Below, in pieces: positions 1 through 14,100 of a stretch of 64,000 bases of DNA. Location of the stretch: the NCBI GenBank assembly GCA_051362555.1, contig CM120647.1, positions 8,184,001 through 8,248,000 of the forward strand, read 5' to 3'. The position numbers and the translations under genes were made by a program. The stretch's first letter is position 1. Every line of letters begins with the position of its first letter. Below the pieces are notes generated by a model. It saw only the letters and a program-made list of their open reading frames with translations. It made no database searches and was not told the origin of the DNA. This DNA comes from Lingula anatina (lineage: Eukaryota; Animalia; Brachiopoda).

Positions 1-3000
1 GACATTTTTTTTTATCACGAGTGATGTGATCACACTCATTTATCACTGATGATCAAAAGTCATTCTGTTCTATTTTCCATTGCAAAACTGCTAATAATTT
101 GAAATACGACCTTAATTATTTACGTGACCAACTTCAAACCAGACGAGAATGGTTGAGGAGAAACCCATTAACAGCATAGGCAAAAGAGCTTCCATTTCAA
201 TAGTTACTCAAAAATCAAAAACACAGACTTCATAAAAAGGATCTTAAATTTGTCAAAAGATTTTGATATGGTACAGGTAAACCTTGTTGATTAACCAAAA
301 AGTGTTTTCAGTTCTAGGAATAACAAATATTTTGCTGTAAGGGTGCAAGGGCTCATTTTGTACATGTATTCAAGAGGTATATTTCTCTTTCTGTAAATTG
401 TTTGGGGCATTCTCAAACTATGTTGAGCCCATTTCCTGAGATAGTAAAGAGCTTAACTTCACTAATCTTTTTTTCGGACGTAACTGGCATTTTACCCTGC
501 CTTATCGCATTGCTATGTCTGCAAATTATGTTCTATTTACTAGTCACAGAAACCTTTCCATCGCTAGCTCCGTAAGCCAAAAGGTCGAACCTTTCATACT
601 GAACTACAGGTGTAGCAGTAATCTTGCCGATGTCTGTTGAAGTTATTCCATCCCAGAAAACCAGCAAGGGAAATACTTTAAGTGTATCAAAACAAGATGC
701 AAAATAACAAAATGCTATTTTTGCATTTTTCAATAAAAAAATCTTTTTAATCATTTAATTAATATTTTTTTATCTTTTTAACCTATAAATTCAACAGGAA
801 ATTTAAACTTGATGATATTTGTGTGTGAGACTGGTAAATATCACTACGAGTTTGAGCGTTATCTAATAACAACTTCACCACAATAGCTAACACATAAAAT
901 TTTCCAGACAGTCATTAAATGTTTAGTGCCTCTGCAAAACAAAAAGTTTATAGACTAAGTGCAATTGGCACTAAGTTACCTGCCGTAAGCAGCAAGGCTT
1001 ACTGGTAGATCTGAACTGCTTCATAAAAAATTCTCTCTCGCAGATAAAATGGAAACATCTTTCAAGAAATCGCATCCCACCTAACCACAGATGATAACAG
1101 ATATTAAAGATATAAAGAACCAAGGATTGACACTTTCTGTTATACCCCCCTGCTCCCCAAGATGTGAACTCAACATGAATGTCAGAACATGATATTTTAC
1201 TTACGTCACCATCCTCATGAATTATACCAAACTAGCTAATCCTTTCAGACATTGGAGCAGTTTCCTCTTGGCAAATTGGGTTACTTCATAAGTGGGCAAT
1301 AACTTTTCCATAAATCAAGGCAAAAAAACAGTCCAAATTTTTATTTTATATAATTAATTTTCTATTTGATTTATTCATTTTTTAGCTTTGTTTTGTTTAT
1401 GGGAAGAAAAATCAAGCCCTTGTCCTAAATTTATATTAAGGCACACTATAGTATAGACTAAATCCAATCTATTGTTCTACTAAACAAAGGTACCATTCCC
1501 AAAACCCTGTTGTACTAGCAGGATCGATCTATCTCCAAAAGGATTCCCTCTTAATTGTATTCAATTTAACGTGCAAGAAAGTTAATTACGCCCCCCCCCC
1601 CCCCCCCCCCTCTCCTGCAGCTTCAGTGGGCATGACAGACTGAATGCAATTTAGCGAGAATCCTCTTGGGAGTCAGATCGATCCTGCTTGTATGATATAT
1701 TTATGGGAACCCTGTCTAAGTCAGTCGTGGCTTCAATTATTAGCTAGAATTTAGTTGCAGGACAAAATACGCCAACCTACGCACACCAGTACTAGGACAC
1801 TTAGACCTCCTAGATCGAACTAGAATAATCGACCCATCTCCGAGGGGCTTCTCACTAATTTTTTTCAGCTTAAGGGGCTCTGATGTCTGGCACGCCTACT
1901 GAAGCTGCTACCGTATAATTAACTATCGATTAGCAGCTTCAGCAGGCGTGCCAGACATCAGAGCTGCTTTAGCTAAAAGCAATTAAGCAAGAAACTGCTC
2001 AGAGATGGTCCGACCTTGTTAGATTGATCTAGGTATGGGAATGGGGTCTTTTATAATATTCTGCCCCCAAAATTGGCCAAAAACATCCTTTAATGGTACC
2101 CACTCCAATATCCTGGACTTTTATCTCCATAATAATGGCTTTCGCCTGCAATCTAAATCCCAAATCATTAATCAAATCTCAGTTTTCGTCCTGTGTGTCC
2201 TTTTGTCAGTCAATAAGATGAAATGAAATGAAAAGGCTGGCATGTTCCTTTAATAAATCGAGTCATTTAATCCGTAATCTGAATTGCTGATCTGCAGCAT
2301 TTTTTTTTTTTTTTTTTTTGAAAAAAATATCTATGAATTATCAGAAATAATAGTAGAGGTAAGAGCTAAAGTGCAATGCATATAATTATCTCAATTTCAA
2401 TTAACTATGAGCAAAACTATTCATCAGCTTGGTAAAAATGTAGTCCAAAGAGGACATTTTACATGTACCTGCACAGGTATGTGAACCAAGTAAAACATCA
2501 CTATATCACATAGCAGTTAAGTCCAGTTACATGTACAGTTATCTGATGAAGGATTTTTCCCAGGTGGGCTGTAAGCTATATATATGTGTACATAAGTTTT
2601 GATAATTTTTCTAGGGATAACAACTGTTTGTTTTGGCCAAAAAACAGATTTTCCTGAGGTAAACGACAATTTTCCCATGCTTACTAAAGGTTAAAGAATT
2701 CAATATGACATTTGAAGTTAGTCCATGTTTCATTTCTAAAAAGGTTTTATGTATTAAATATCCCTAAATTTTCCTCAAAAGAAATTCTCTCCTATTCACA
2801 AATCACTGCTAGCTCCAGTTATTTGTACTTGGACTCAATTAATGTTTCATACCATTTTTAATTAAATAGTTTGGTTCTAAATGCTTCCTGCAATGTTTAA
2901 ACTGCCATGCCTTTCTGTACATTTCAGTAGGATATACCAACATCAGGTACTTTAAGTAGAGGAGGTTTATTAGTATATAGGTGTGAATTGGAAAAGATCA

Positions 3001-4359
3001 GTTCACATAGCTTTGGGGAGATATGCAGACATATAAAATATGACTTTGGGGCACCTTAAATGCAGATGGGATATCTTTAAATTGCTATTATAAACATTAT
3101 TTAGTTAAAAATAAGAGATCTATATATACACATAAACCATCTCTAGACTTTATATTAAAAAGTGATTTTATTTTTCTAAAACAAAACTTAAAAGTATATG
3201 AATTTCTATCACTCATAACAAGGAAACAAAGAAAGGGGGGAAAAAAGGCTGAAATGTTCATAAAATACAGAAATGATCTTCTAATGATTCTTATAAAATA
3301 GAAATGGCTAAAAAATTGAAAGTTCCTTATGAGATCTCCATTTCTTGTATCTACTGGTTCATTTTTCATGCGAGCATGCCGTTATTTCTGGGCTTAATCC
3401 CATTAGTCTAGTGCATGTAATTACATGAAAATACATGGACATACTCATCTGTACCATAATTTCTCACCAAATTCAAGAAAATTAATTTTCTTTTACCTCC
3501 CAACAGTAGAAATACCTAACTTCTTTGATATAATTGAAAGTCTATATGTTTTCCTGTTATGCCATAAAATAATTATTTTTTAAAGTGCATAAAACTCGTA
3601 AACTTCAAAGAAAAACAATTATACAATTAACGAGGGAGTTCGAAATTTGAGAATAAGCACATGTACCATAACTCCCATACATAAACAGCCCCACAGGTGT
3701 TTTCGTCAGCTAGTGTTCCTTATTAACTCCCACACCTGCATATTAAGTGCTGAGCAGGGCACTTATAATTAGCTCTCGAAACTTAATCCCTTACTCTGCA
3801 GTGCTGATAACGAAAATTTAGGCATTCTTAACAGGACTCCCATTTCACATTAAAATCCAAGTAATCAAGGTTTTTTTTATTGTTTTGCTGTTTGTCGATG
3901 GGCATGGACCTTAAATTAAAACATTAAAAATCTAATTATTGCACTTCCCAATGATGGAGTATTATTTTTTTATTGGTGTTGGTATGTCTGTTTGTAAGTA
4001 GACTTTATATCTAAATGGGTTTCCTCAAATATTTTGGTGACATTTTCAGAAATGAAAAATCAATCAGGATCAAGGGAAAGAAGTGACTACTTAAAATGAT
4101 TTTTCAACTGTTTACCATTATAATGCGTTACATTTCCTATCAGATCTGTAACCTAATTTTCACCAGATTCTGCTGGAGAAAAATACATTTTTCAAGTAGT
4201 AAGTTATCAAATGACATTATTTTTTCCTCTTTTTAGTATATGTTATTTTCACTCATTTTTATTGTATTTTATCTTATTTTATAATTTTTTTTATTTCATC
4301 TTATTTTTTTATTACTTTTTTTTATTTTCTTTGAAAAATTAAAACACTGTCCCACTTAC

Positions 4360-7300
4360 CAATCATTCCAGCTTTGATCCAGTTGACGCCCTTGGCGCCA
4401 TGAGCAACCAGAGCAAAACCCAAGGTGGCGCCAACGATGCTGTGAGTCCCCGACACTGGGAGACTGAGGAAGGTCGCAATCAACAGCCAAATACAAGATC
4501 CTGGGAAAGCAAGGAAGAGAATGGATAAATTATTTCTTTAATTTTTTAAAGATCTTTACAGCTTATTACTACAATGTAATTATGGCGGACAGGAAAATCG
4601 AATTTAATTTACTAGTTATAGGCGTATTTTCACTGAAGTTGAATATGCATGCAGATCCAATGGTTACATAAACATATTATTGTTATTATTACAAAGGTTA
4701 CAGCAAAGTTAAGATGGAAGCACATTTTCAAGTGGCATATCGCAAACAGTACAACATCGGGAACAAGTAACTGAAAAAATTCAGGTGCATTTGCACTTGA
4801 GATAGCTCCACCCCTCTGTAAAAAGTAAGGAAGACTGGTAAATCTAAACACCAAGCCAATTAAGTGAATGGTTCATCACAATTAACTTGCTTCATGTAAG
4901 TTGAACTGTATCATCTTGGATGGAAATGTGACTTCAGAGAAACTGACTAATGTAGCACTTGATGTGAAAAGTACCAAAGAGGACAAATTCCACTTTTTGA
5001 CCTTAATACATGAGGTTAAATATCTTATCGACACCCCTTTGTTTATACTTAATAGCCAAAATCCTGACTACGCAATGAATGAAATCACTACAACAATTTG
5101 AAGAGGGGTTTATCTACTCAAAATATTTGTTTAGTAAGGGGATTAAGTCAAGAGAGGTCAACAAGGTAAAATTGTTGAACACTTACTCAAATCGCGTTGT
5201 AATCGGATTCATTCAAACCAAGATATGGAGATATCTAGCCTCTTATCTTAAGGGGCATTCCCTCTTCTATTCCTTTGCCCATGCATGCCAAAATTCAGTA
5301 CAACATGACAAACCAAAAAACTTTTCCATCCTTGTGTCAAAATGTATTGTAGTAAAATTACCCACATCTAGCATTTTCTTAATTTTATCTTTTTTGTCTC
5401 CCTCACCCCCTCCTCCTTTTCCTTAGGAGTATGAGTATCCCTTTACCCTCCCAAAAACATTATTACAAACAAAATGAGATGGTACCAATCTTTTTTTCAT
5501 CCCTGTATTCTTATTACGGTAATTGTTCTATCCTAAAAGTTGTGCCCCCTCCCCCCCCCAAAAAAAAAATAAATAAATAAATAAATAAATAACAGTTATA
5601 TAAATTCAATGATTAATTTTAATTAATTTAAAAATGTTTAATCTGCCAATAAATTTAAAATAGTTATGTATGAATCACGAGTGATGCTAGTCGTTGCTTG
5701 TGTAAGGTCACAAAGTTTGCCATGTTGACAGTCAGGTTATCTTTACATTAAATGATTTTCATAATATTTACACAATAAATGAGCAATATTTAAGTTCATG
5801 TCAACAACCTGGGGTAATGAGTATACAGAGAAAGATAAAACATTTAATTGTAAAATTCTCCAAAAAAATTTAATTAACTGCACTCAAAATGCATTTTTCA
5901 AAATCCAAAAGTTAAAATTTCAAATTGAATTTAATTTCAAATTTGATGGCAACCCTGATGACTGACTTCACAAAAGAACTTTGGCTGGATGCTGGTCTTC
6001 AACTGAAGATTGACCTAACTAACTCTGATTGAATTATTTTGCCCAAATAGTGCTGAGGCAATCTGAAATTGGATACTAGTAACTTACTAGAATTTGCAGC
6101 ATTTCTGCCCACAATATAGTGTAACATACTGAAAACTGAGTTGCATGTGCCACTCTGAACTGAATCTTTCCATCATGTGTCAAAATATCTTTTAACTTGC
6201 CCCATGTATAGCTATGACCACTTTTGTTAAAAAAAAAAAAAGACTTTCATTCTATTGCACAATTTTACTTGGAAAAAATATAACTTCATTTTCCTAATCA
6301 AAAAATTGATTAGGTTGAAAAATTGCTCCCAAAATATCCTACAGCAAGTCAACTTCCCCAGGTGCAAATAGAGCCTTAAAGGCATGTTTATCTCTTTACA
6401 TTTCATTCCCTCACCCCGACCAGCAGCTTGCTTCTACTTAATATTACCCAAGAGAGAACAACTGCATAATAGAAACTATAACAGTACACATTTCCACAGA
6501 ATAATAATAAATTTTAATTATTTAGTATTTCCTGGATTCAGATCAATCTACCGCCACAACAAATGTGTAAAGAACTGATGACTGGAATGAAATATGATGC
6601 TAGAATCAACACAGATTTATTTTTCTCCATAATCCTAACCGAAGAGCAGAATAAGCATACACTTTTGAAATAAATAAGTAAATAAATGGATAAATAAATA
6701 AATTGAAACAATAAAAAAACCTGTTTTAAAACTAAAAAGTCTACACCGAAAAAAGGAAAAAATTGACAAAAAATGCTAAAATGTTAAACAGGAGGATGAA
6801 ACTGTCTCTTGAATAAATAAAAGTAACAGTAGAGTACATCTGGCATGAACTACCACATCTGTGCCAGAAAACGTGTCCTACTAACAAATTCCAGAGAGTA
6901 TTCTCCCAGGAGGATGAATTAAGGGTTTCCAAGAATAACCCGCATTATTGATGAGCAGCTTACCTGACAGAGCGCAGATATTGCCCACCATGAGAACCTC
7001 TTCCGTGCCGTTGTAGGATCCCACGTCAATGATGCCCTTTCGTATGGTGTCTGATACTTTCGCACCTAGGAGAGAAAGAAATATGAACATTTGGAATGCG
7101 TAGAGTGACATTCACAATGATGCCCTTTCCTATGGTGTCTGATACTTTCGCACTTGGGAGGGAAAGAGAGAAACATGAACGCTTGGAACATGTTAAGTGA
7201 CATTCACTGGTTAGGCCAAGTCATCAATACTTTGCATCATGCAGTTATTTTTTATATAAGGTGGAGATTTAGACCGTCTTCTCTCTTTTTTTGTGTAATC

Positions 7301-7744
7301 TTGTCATGTTTCTTGAAGGTGTTTTTTTTATTTTCAGCAGAAAGTGCAATTGGTGAAATAGGGTTTTCTTTATCTCTTGTATAAAATTGGGGAAAAAAAT
7401 CTTTAGTTCTTTAGAAACTATTTATATTTTCTTTACCAAATTAAAATTGGCCTTTCCATTACAAGTTTGACTCTGCAATACTGTCTGACCAGACATCCAC
7501 TTTTTTTTCTTTAAAACTGAAATACGCTAAGTGTAAAAGTAGCCTCACCTAACAAAATGGCGCCCAAGGTCTCAAAAATGGCTCCCAGAATGCATGCCTG
7601 CCTCAGCGTCAACACTTTCGCTCCAACGGATGTCCCAAAGGAGTTGGCAACATCATTTGCTCCGATCCCAAAAGCGAGGACGAAAGCAACGATGAACCCA
7701 ACAATGATCATCCAAAGAACGTTTTCGGGAAAAAGAAGTTCCAT
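4360..7744 (-). CDS. SLC20A: SLC20/PiT-family sodium-dependent phosphate transporter, first three coding exons (7744-7549, 7065-6964, 4500-4360); gene continues beyond the left window edge
   Basis: Spliced translation [80 protein letters not shown]...[33 protein letters not shown]; contains the PiT signatures GANDVANS and LPVSGTH; all junctions GT-AG in phase 1. Confidence 0.95.
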
Positions 7745-8612
7745 TTCGATTTTTTTTTTCCTGTCCTTCTTCTGGTGTTTGATGATCTTTCAATGTATCT
7801 GGATCAAGTCTAAATTGAAAAAGTCTCTCACTGTCTGCTAACTATGGCTACCACAAAGAAACCAATCAAAATCTACTGGCTGCAATGTCAACGCCTTCTT
7901 TTTTAGATGAAATAGTTTTTCTAACTCCCCTTTAATATCACAGTTTGCTGTACGATAGTTATTTTATGAAATGAATGTATGACTTTTTTTCAGCTGATGA
8001 GGATAATTGTACGAATAAGACAGAAATTAATGTCAAGATTTTGTTTGTTCTTTTTTTTTTTCCTTGAACACTGGACAAGTTTCTACGATGAGCATGAAAT
8101 GTTCACTTGGCAATATGGAGGTTGAGCAATTGAGTTGTTGTTGGTTTTAATTGTGTGGACGACAATTCTGCTTTTTCCTTTTGGAAACAGCTTCTCTTGT
8201 TGAATTTGTGTTTCACTCCAACTGATCTTGCTTGGATATTCAGATTTCTTTCTTCTTTCTCCTCTTAAAAACTCCTCTTTGAAAGCCTTCAAAATAAAAC
8301 GTAGCAGACGACAGGGATTGTTATGCAACGCAAAGCTGTCACCTAATATTCAATCACAAATGCAACAAGGGAAGAAAAAAGCCGCTGCGTCACAAAATGA
8401 TCCACACAAGTTTATCCACCGTTACCTAGTCCTTTCAGAAAGTATATACTTTTTCAGGTGGTGATTTTTTCTAGTCCTTTGAAAATTCGACATTGGGAAA
8501 TGGTGTTACTTGTTGAGAGCTGAGCTTTCAATCCAGCCAAAGTAGGAGGTCTCACAGGAAGAATAGCTGTGCTTTACGATTCGTCTCTCAGGAGGAGCAA
8601 AATTCCAAGTAC
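7745..8612 (-). other. Long 5' UTR part of the SLC20 first coding exon
   Basis: Pyrimidine-rich acceptor TTTCTAG|G at 8613-8614; only two upstream ATGs found in about 870 nt. Confidence 0.6.
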
Positions 8613-11600
8613 CTAGAAAGATGAAAAAAAAATTAATGGGATAAATGAATATCCAAGAACATACTTATTAACTTACTTTCCTGGGAGGCAGACGGAAGAG
8701 AGTGATAATGGTTAAAAGAATAATATCCTTTGGCTGTTATTCCCTCTTTTTAAGCTCAAGCTCGCATTTAGCTCATACAGGCCTCAATTCATGTGATTTA
8801 AATAGAAACTGGAAGACCTCAGATTTTCCCATTTTCTTCCCCTCTATCTCCGATTTCACTCCCCCTCCTTTTCTCCCTTGTATACAGCTAATTGCTCTTA
8901 CCAGTACCTTAGATCGATCAGGAAATAAATCTCATTCATCCCTTAATTTACTACACTAGCACATATTTTCTTCACTCTAATTTTCAAATATTCAACATAC
9001 TTTTACTCTTTGCAGTCGATCACACTAGTAACTGAGCATTTTAAATAAGCAATGACTAGAATTTATCTTTTCTGACCTTTTCTGTCCCACAAACGATGTT
9101 CGAAGCATTTTTGTCCTATATGTACAACGATATACCAAATACATGTGTAGATTATCACTACTCCTGTATTAAAAGAACACTATACTTCTCCATTCTCTTT
9201 TACTTTGTTCCTTCATATATTTATCTTCCCTAACAACCACCTACATATATATGCACTGTAAAATAAATACTAGATTTTTCCTGTTTTACTTTCTCCTTCA
9301 AACAGTCCTTAGGGGGAAGGAGAAGGAGAAGGCAAAAAAAACCTTTCTTTTCAGCTTGCAAAGGTCCACACTGAGCCAAAATTTGATGTACACTATTGCA
9401 TTCAATGCCATTTCTCAACTTGGGTCAATTGGTGACATAAATATTAGGGGGTCAAATGGCCCACTTTTTTTTTTTTTTTTTTTCAGAAAAAGGGTCTCCC
9501 AGTGAAATTCCTGGCTTCTAGATTGCATGAGTGGGGGGGGGGGGGGGGGGGGGGGGGGAGGAGGGGAGGGTATTGATTATCTGTATGAGGTCAGATCAAT
9601 GCTTTCTCTTTTCTTTGTCTCGCTTTCTTTTTTTTTTTTTTTTTTCTATTTCTATTTTTTTTTTTTTTATTGCTTATCCACATTTAGGGTCTCTGTTATC
9701 TGGACATTTATTTCCCCCATCTAAAAATAAACAAGCCTCGATATTTTACTTCTCTGTTGGAGGAAAATTTCATCCAGTAGGAAAATCCCTGATAGAATAC
9801 CTTTTATGTTTTTTTCTTCTTCTTTCTTTTTTAAAGTTTTTTTAACCAAGTGCTTGTGAACTCTTAAGTTAACATTACACCTCTTAAGGAAAAAATAACC
9901 CTTCACCCTGAAACTAGAATGATCCAGTTTTTACTGCCCAGGCCAGAAAACAGACCTCTTTCTAAAGCTGACATCACCCAATCAATAAAAAAACATGCAA
10001 TATGCGAGGTAAACACTGTTGTTGCTTTACCAATAACTTGTTTACACCGAAATTTTCTAAACCCAATCAACGGTTTAGATGAGATTTTTAATGATAATCA
10101 ATTAACTACTAACGATTCTAGAATTATTACTAGTAATCACTTAATTATTGTGGAACAGAAATTTACATGAAACAGACCTACATTTCTCTGATAAGTAGGT
10201 GATAATTATCACTAGAATCATTAGAAAATACAATTCCTTGGAACCATGAAAAGTATCATCAATAAGAATCACCTAATTTTAAATTGGAACACTATCTCTA
10301 TTGCGTGCCCTCATCATCATCAATGTTCATGATAAGCTTTACTAAAATCATAATCTTGGCCCCTTAACAATATATATCAAGGACACAATTCAATGGAAAA
10401 CAGACAAAAAATGGTTATATGTTCTGATTTCCTTTAGTGGGAGAGAATTTAATTACATGATATTATATGTCAATGTAGGCCCACGCAGGGCAAAGAGAGA
10501 GAGCTCTCAAGTTTCTGAAGAATTTGGCAAAACTTCCTGGCTTGGGCTCAAATCAGTTGTTAAGTCTTTATCACTTGTGATCAGCTTTTCAAAACAGGAC
10601 ACAGGGAACTAGCCACCTTTATCAGACTTTATAAAGTACAGTAAGTATTGTATTAGAGGATATAAAAATTACAGTCAATTCATCAAAGGGTTATACTGAT
10701 GAGTGAGATGATTATAGTTTACCCTACATTTACCTGGAGATATTTTTAGATCAGATTTTTATCAAATTTTCTGTAATTCTATTTCTAACATTTTGTGTAC
10801 TTGTACTTTATAAAAATGAAATTGGGATAAAATAATTTGTTTGGTGATACTGATACTCTCTATCCTGGAAATGCATTATCACGTTTAAAAAAATTCATAT
10901 ATTTTATACATATATTGTTTGGGGGGAATTGTCTGGGGGGGGGGAGGGGATTTTCCTGATAATATCATATACATGTACATTGAAAACCATCAAATGGGAC
11001 AATTGTATGATTTCATCCTCAATAAATATTTCGAATGTATAAATTTAAACTAGATATAGTTTAGATATTTTTTTAAAAATCATTCACACCACCCAAAAAA
11101 TAAAAAGCTGATCATGATTCCATGTATCTCAGGTAGGTATAGTCGCATATACTAGTACTTAATTTGAAATTTCCAAGAAAAAATGTATGCTAATACCTTT
11201 CATGCTTGAGAAAAATGGAGGCCTTTAAAATATAAATGTTATGAAATCACACACAATATACATCATGTATATCTATAATGAAAATGGCGGTTGGTTGTCA
11301 GGTAATTATTAGATAGAATGGTTTGGTTCGTAAACAACCCATCTGTACCTGACGTAACCTTGAGAGTCAAATGAGGTAGCAGAAAGTCTAAAGAGCATAA
11401 TTATGGTGAAATACTGACAAATCTGATAACTGTTTCAAAATCAATAACACATGATGAAGAAATAAGCAAGCTATTTGTTATAATTCAATCTTTATTTGCC
11501 CTTTGGTATTCGTATAGAATTTTAGCATAAAAACAAACTGGTGTTAAGCAGCAAATCTTATTCAAAGTCCTGAGAGAGAGAGAGAGAGAAGGAGAGAGAA

Positions 11601-13167
11601 AAGGAAAAAAAAGCATTAAGAAGCCTTTAGCAGCCCTGTAGCCAGGAATTTTAAATAGAGGCTAAACCAGTACATAAGTGTTGCAACCACAAATACCGAT
11701 ATCACTTTGAACTATCACTTATGACTTCCACATCAAATGTCTTTGCCTTCAAATGACCTTCAAAGAAAACCTCAGCCATGTATTCAGTACAAAACAAAAC
11801 CCTAGACTAAATGAGGGATTAAACTGATAAAAACAATTTAAACTTGTCACGTAATATTGGGCTAATGCTGCTAGCTCGTGTATTTTGTATTAGCTGGGCA
11901 ATTTTATTTAGTCTCACAAAGTTAAAAATATGGAATATGAAAATGTAATCAAACTGACAAAAAAGGGGAAAAAGGAGTACCAGCATTAGACAAATGTTCA
12001 AAACATCGCCAGTATGATCAATAATAATGAGTAACGGCAGAGATTTGAATCATGCCTTCTGCACACATACCAGATATATGTACTGGTACAAGTACATGTT
12101 GTAAACTGATTTGTTTTACACAGTTGGTAATTTGATCTAACTGTGTATTGTGGAAAATATTTGATTTTTTTTTTTAATTTTATTTTCAATATGCACTGAT
12201 TTTGAGAAAAGTGAATTACTTCAAAAATTACTCAGACAGGCCATTAGAGAGTGGTATGAAAACTAGTGGAACTGTTAGTGGCCTATTGAGAAAAATTATG
12301 ACTAGTGAAAAAGCCTTTACCCTGCCAACAGTATAAGTATACCACTAAAAGGATTTTAAAATATCGGCACTTTGCCAAATATTGATTTCTACAGGCCATG
12401 ATCCTCCCTTTAAGTAAAACAAAAATCTAAACAAGCTAAAACAAAATCATTTATTAAGTCTTATCTTTCTTTCTCCTTGGTCAATAATTGGACCCTAAAA
12501 TGGTAAAGTGGATCTTTACATTAACCGACTTTTTTTCCCCATTTGAGATTCAAGTTAAATTCTAGCACTCTACATGTATGTCCATGAATAGAGCATGTGA
12601 CCCTAAAGGACCAAATCGTGATTTATTTCTAAAAATGGACGCCCCAGACGAACCAGCTGCCTATGAATATTCAAGAGGTCTCATGTAGCCGTCTGTCTGA
12701 ATTTTTTTATGCTTTATTGAAAAAACAAAAATTGCCTAATATCACCTCTTAAAAGAGTCAACTGTGTTTAAATTATGTATCTAATTATTTTGTATAAGGT
12801 TATAAGAGCATATTCAAGAAGCTCTTTCTCTCTTTCACTCTCTCTCTCTCTCTCTCTCTCTCCATATCTCACACATCCACTTCTTCAACAAACAGATACT
12901 TGTAAGATGTACATGTACACAAACAGTCTAATATTCAAAAATTCATAGCAAAACCTAAACTCATTTTAATACAAAAATACATAAAATTAAAAAGCCATAT
13001 AAATGCAATGAAAAGAAACATTCATTAAATGTTAATAAAAAAATGACATGAAATGAATAACTAAGATTCACTGGATATTATCATAACATAATGGTCAGCT
13101 ATAATAATATTATATAATATATACCCTATTTCAATATATTAAATCATACATTGACTGAACGTTTTAC

Positions 13168-13420
13168 CTGTTATGTTTCAACAGCTGTCCAAGGAATAAA
13201 TCTGTGTCACTGAAAAGTACAGTCTTTCCAAACGCTCTTCATGTACTCTGATAAGACCAATTCGTCAATAACAAAAGGCGAATTTAGTCCCACTCTTTAT
13301 ATAAAGGCAGAAAAGGGTATTCCAGTTTATTTTTAGATTCACCCTTGCGACCACGTGGAGTCCACGTTTTCTTTGTGTGGGGGTGTGTCACTCACGTCAC
13401 TCATGGTGTTTTCCCCAATT
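13168..13420 (-). promoter_or_regulatory. Candidate SLC20 promoter and non-coding first exon
   Basis: Donor CAG|GTAAAA at 13167; TATA (TATATAAAG) near 13296-13305; E-boxes CCACGTGG 13351-13358 and CACGTT 13363-13368; TGACGTGA about 13392-13399. Confidence 0.45.
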
Positions 13421-13957
13421 ACTCTATAATCGAGGCACTCCTTTGATAAAATGCGCACATATAATACACAAGATTTAAACCCGATAACACATAGCTGTCT
13501 TTTATAGTTTAAATCCTGCCATTCAACAATTAAATGACTTTGCTCCGTATTTCTTTTATCTAGGTCAACCACGCATGCATTTCACTTATGATCAATAAAA
13601 TCGTGCGATGTTTTTAAACACGTACGGGAACGATTAACCGGCGTTTTATGGAAGGTCAACAAAGAAACGTCCTACAATTATTGCATTGACACCCCTATGC
13701 CTTTTTTTAAATTAAGTAGATGAATTAATCCTACGGTATGATCGTGACTTTAAGATAGATAGTTAAACCTATTCCTTATATTTTCCGAGAATCCGGTTCG
13801 CGGCGGATTGTAACGAACACATGGGATTCCCTTAATTCTAACCTTTATTTCTCTTCATTCATTACTGAAACATGGCGATTTATCTTTACGATATCATACA
13901 AAAGTATCATATATGGTTCGAACAGGTGAAAACTTGATCTGTACTATCGTATCTTAC

Positions 13958-14100
13958 CTGAAATTTCACAGGAATTCTTAGGCTTGCTTCTTGCCGGGAA
14001 AATGCTCGCGCTAAAATATGAGCTTCCTGTCATGCGCAAACTTTCAATGTGCTTGGATCATTTTCATAATAAATGAATTTACCGTATGACGTGGGCGAAT
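13958..14100 (-). promoter_or_regulatory. Candidate alternative SLC20 first exon/promoter
   Basis: Strong donor CAG|GTAAGA at 13957; locally CpG-richer; TGACGTGG at about 14087. Confidence 0.35.

Noticed and set aside
533-5426. Short intronic ORFs as additional SLC20 exons
   Set aside because: No PiT similarity or compatible splice sites recognised other than 4360-4500
9527-9845. ORFs with poly-Gly/poly-Phe
   Set aside because: Translations of G and T homopolymer runs in an SLC20 intron
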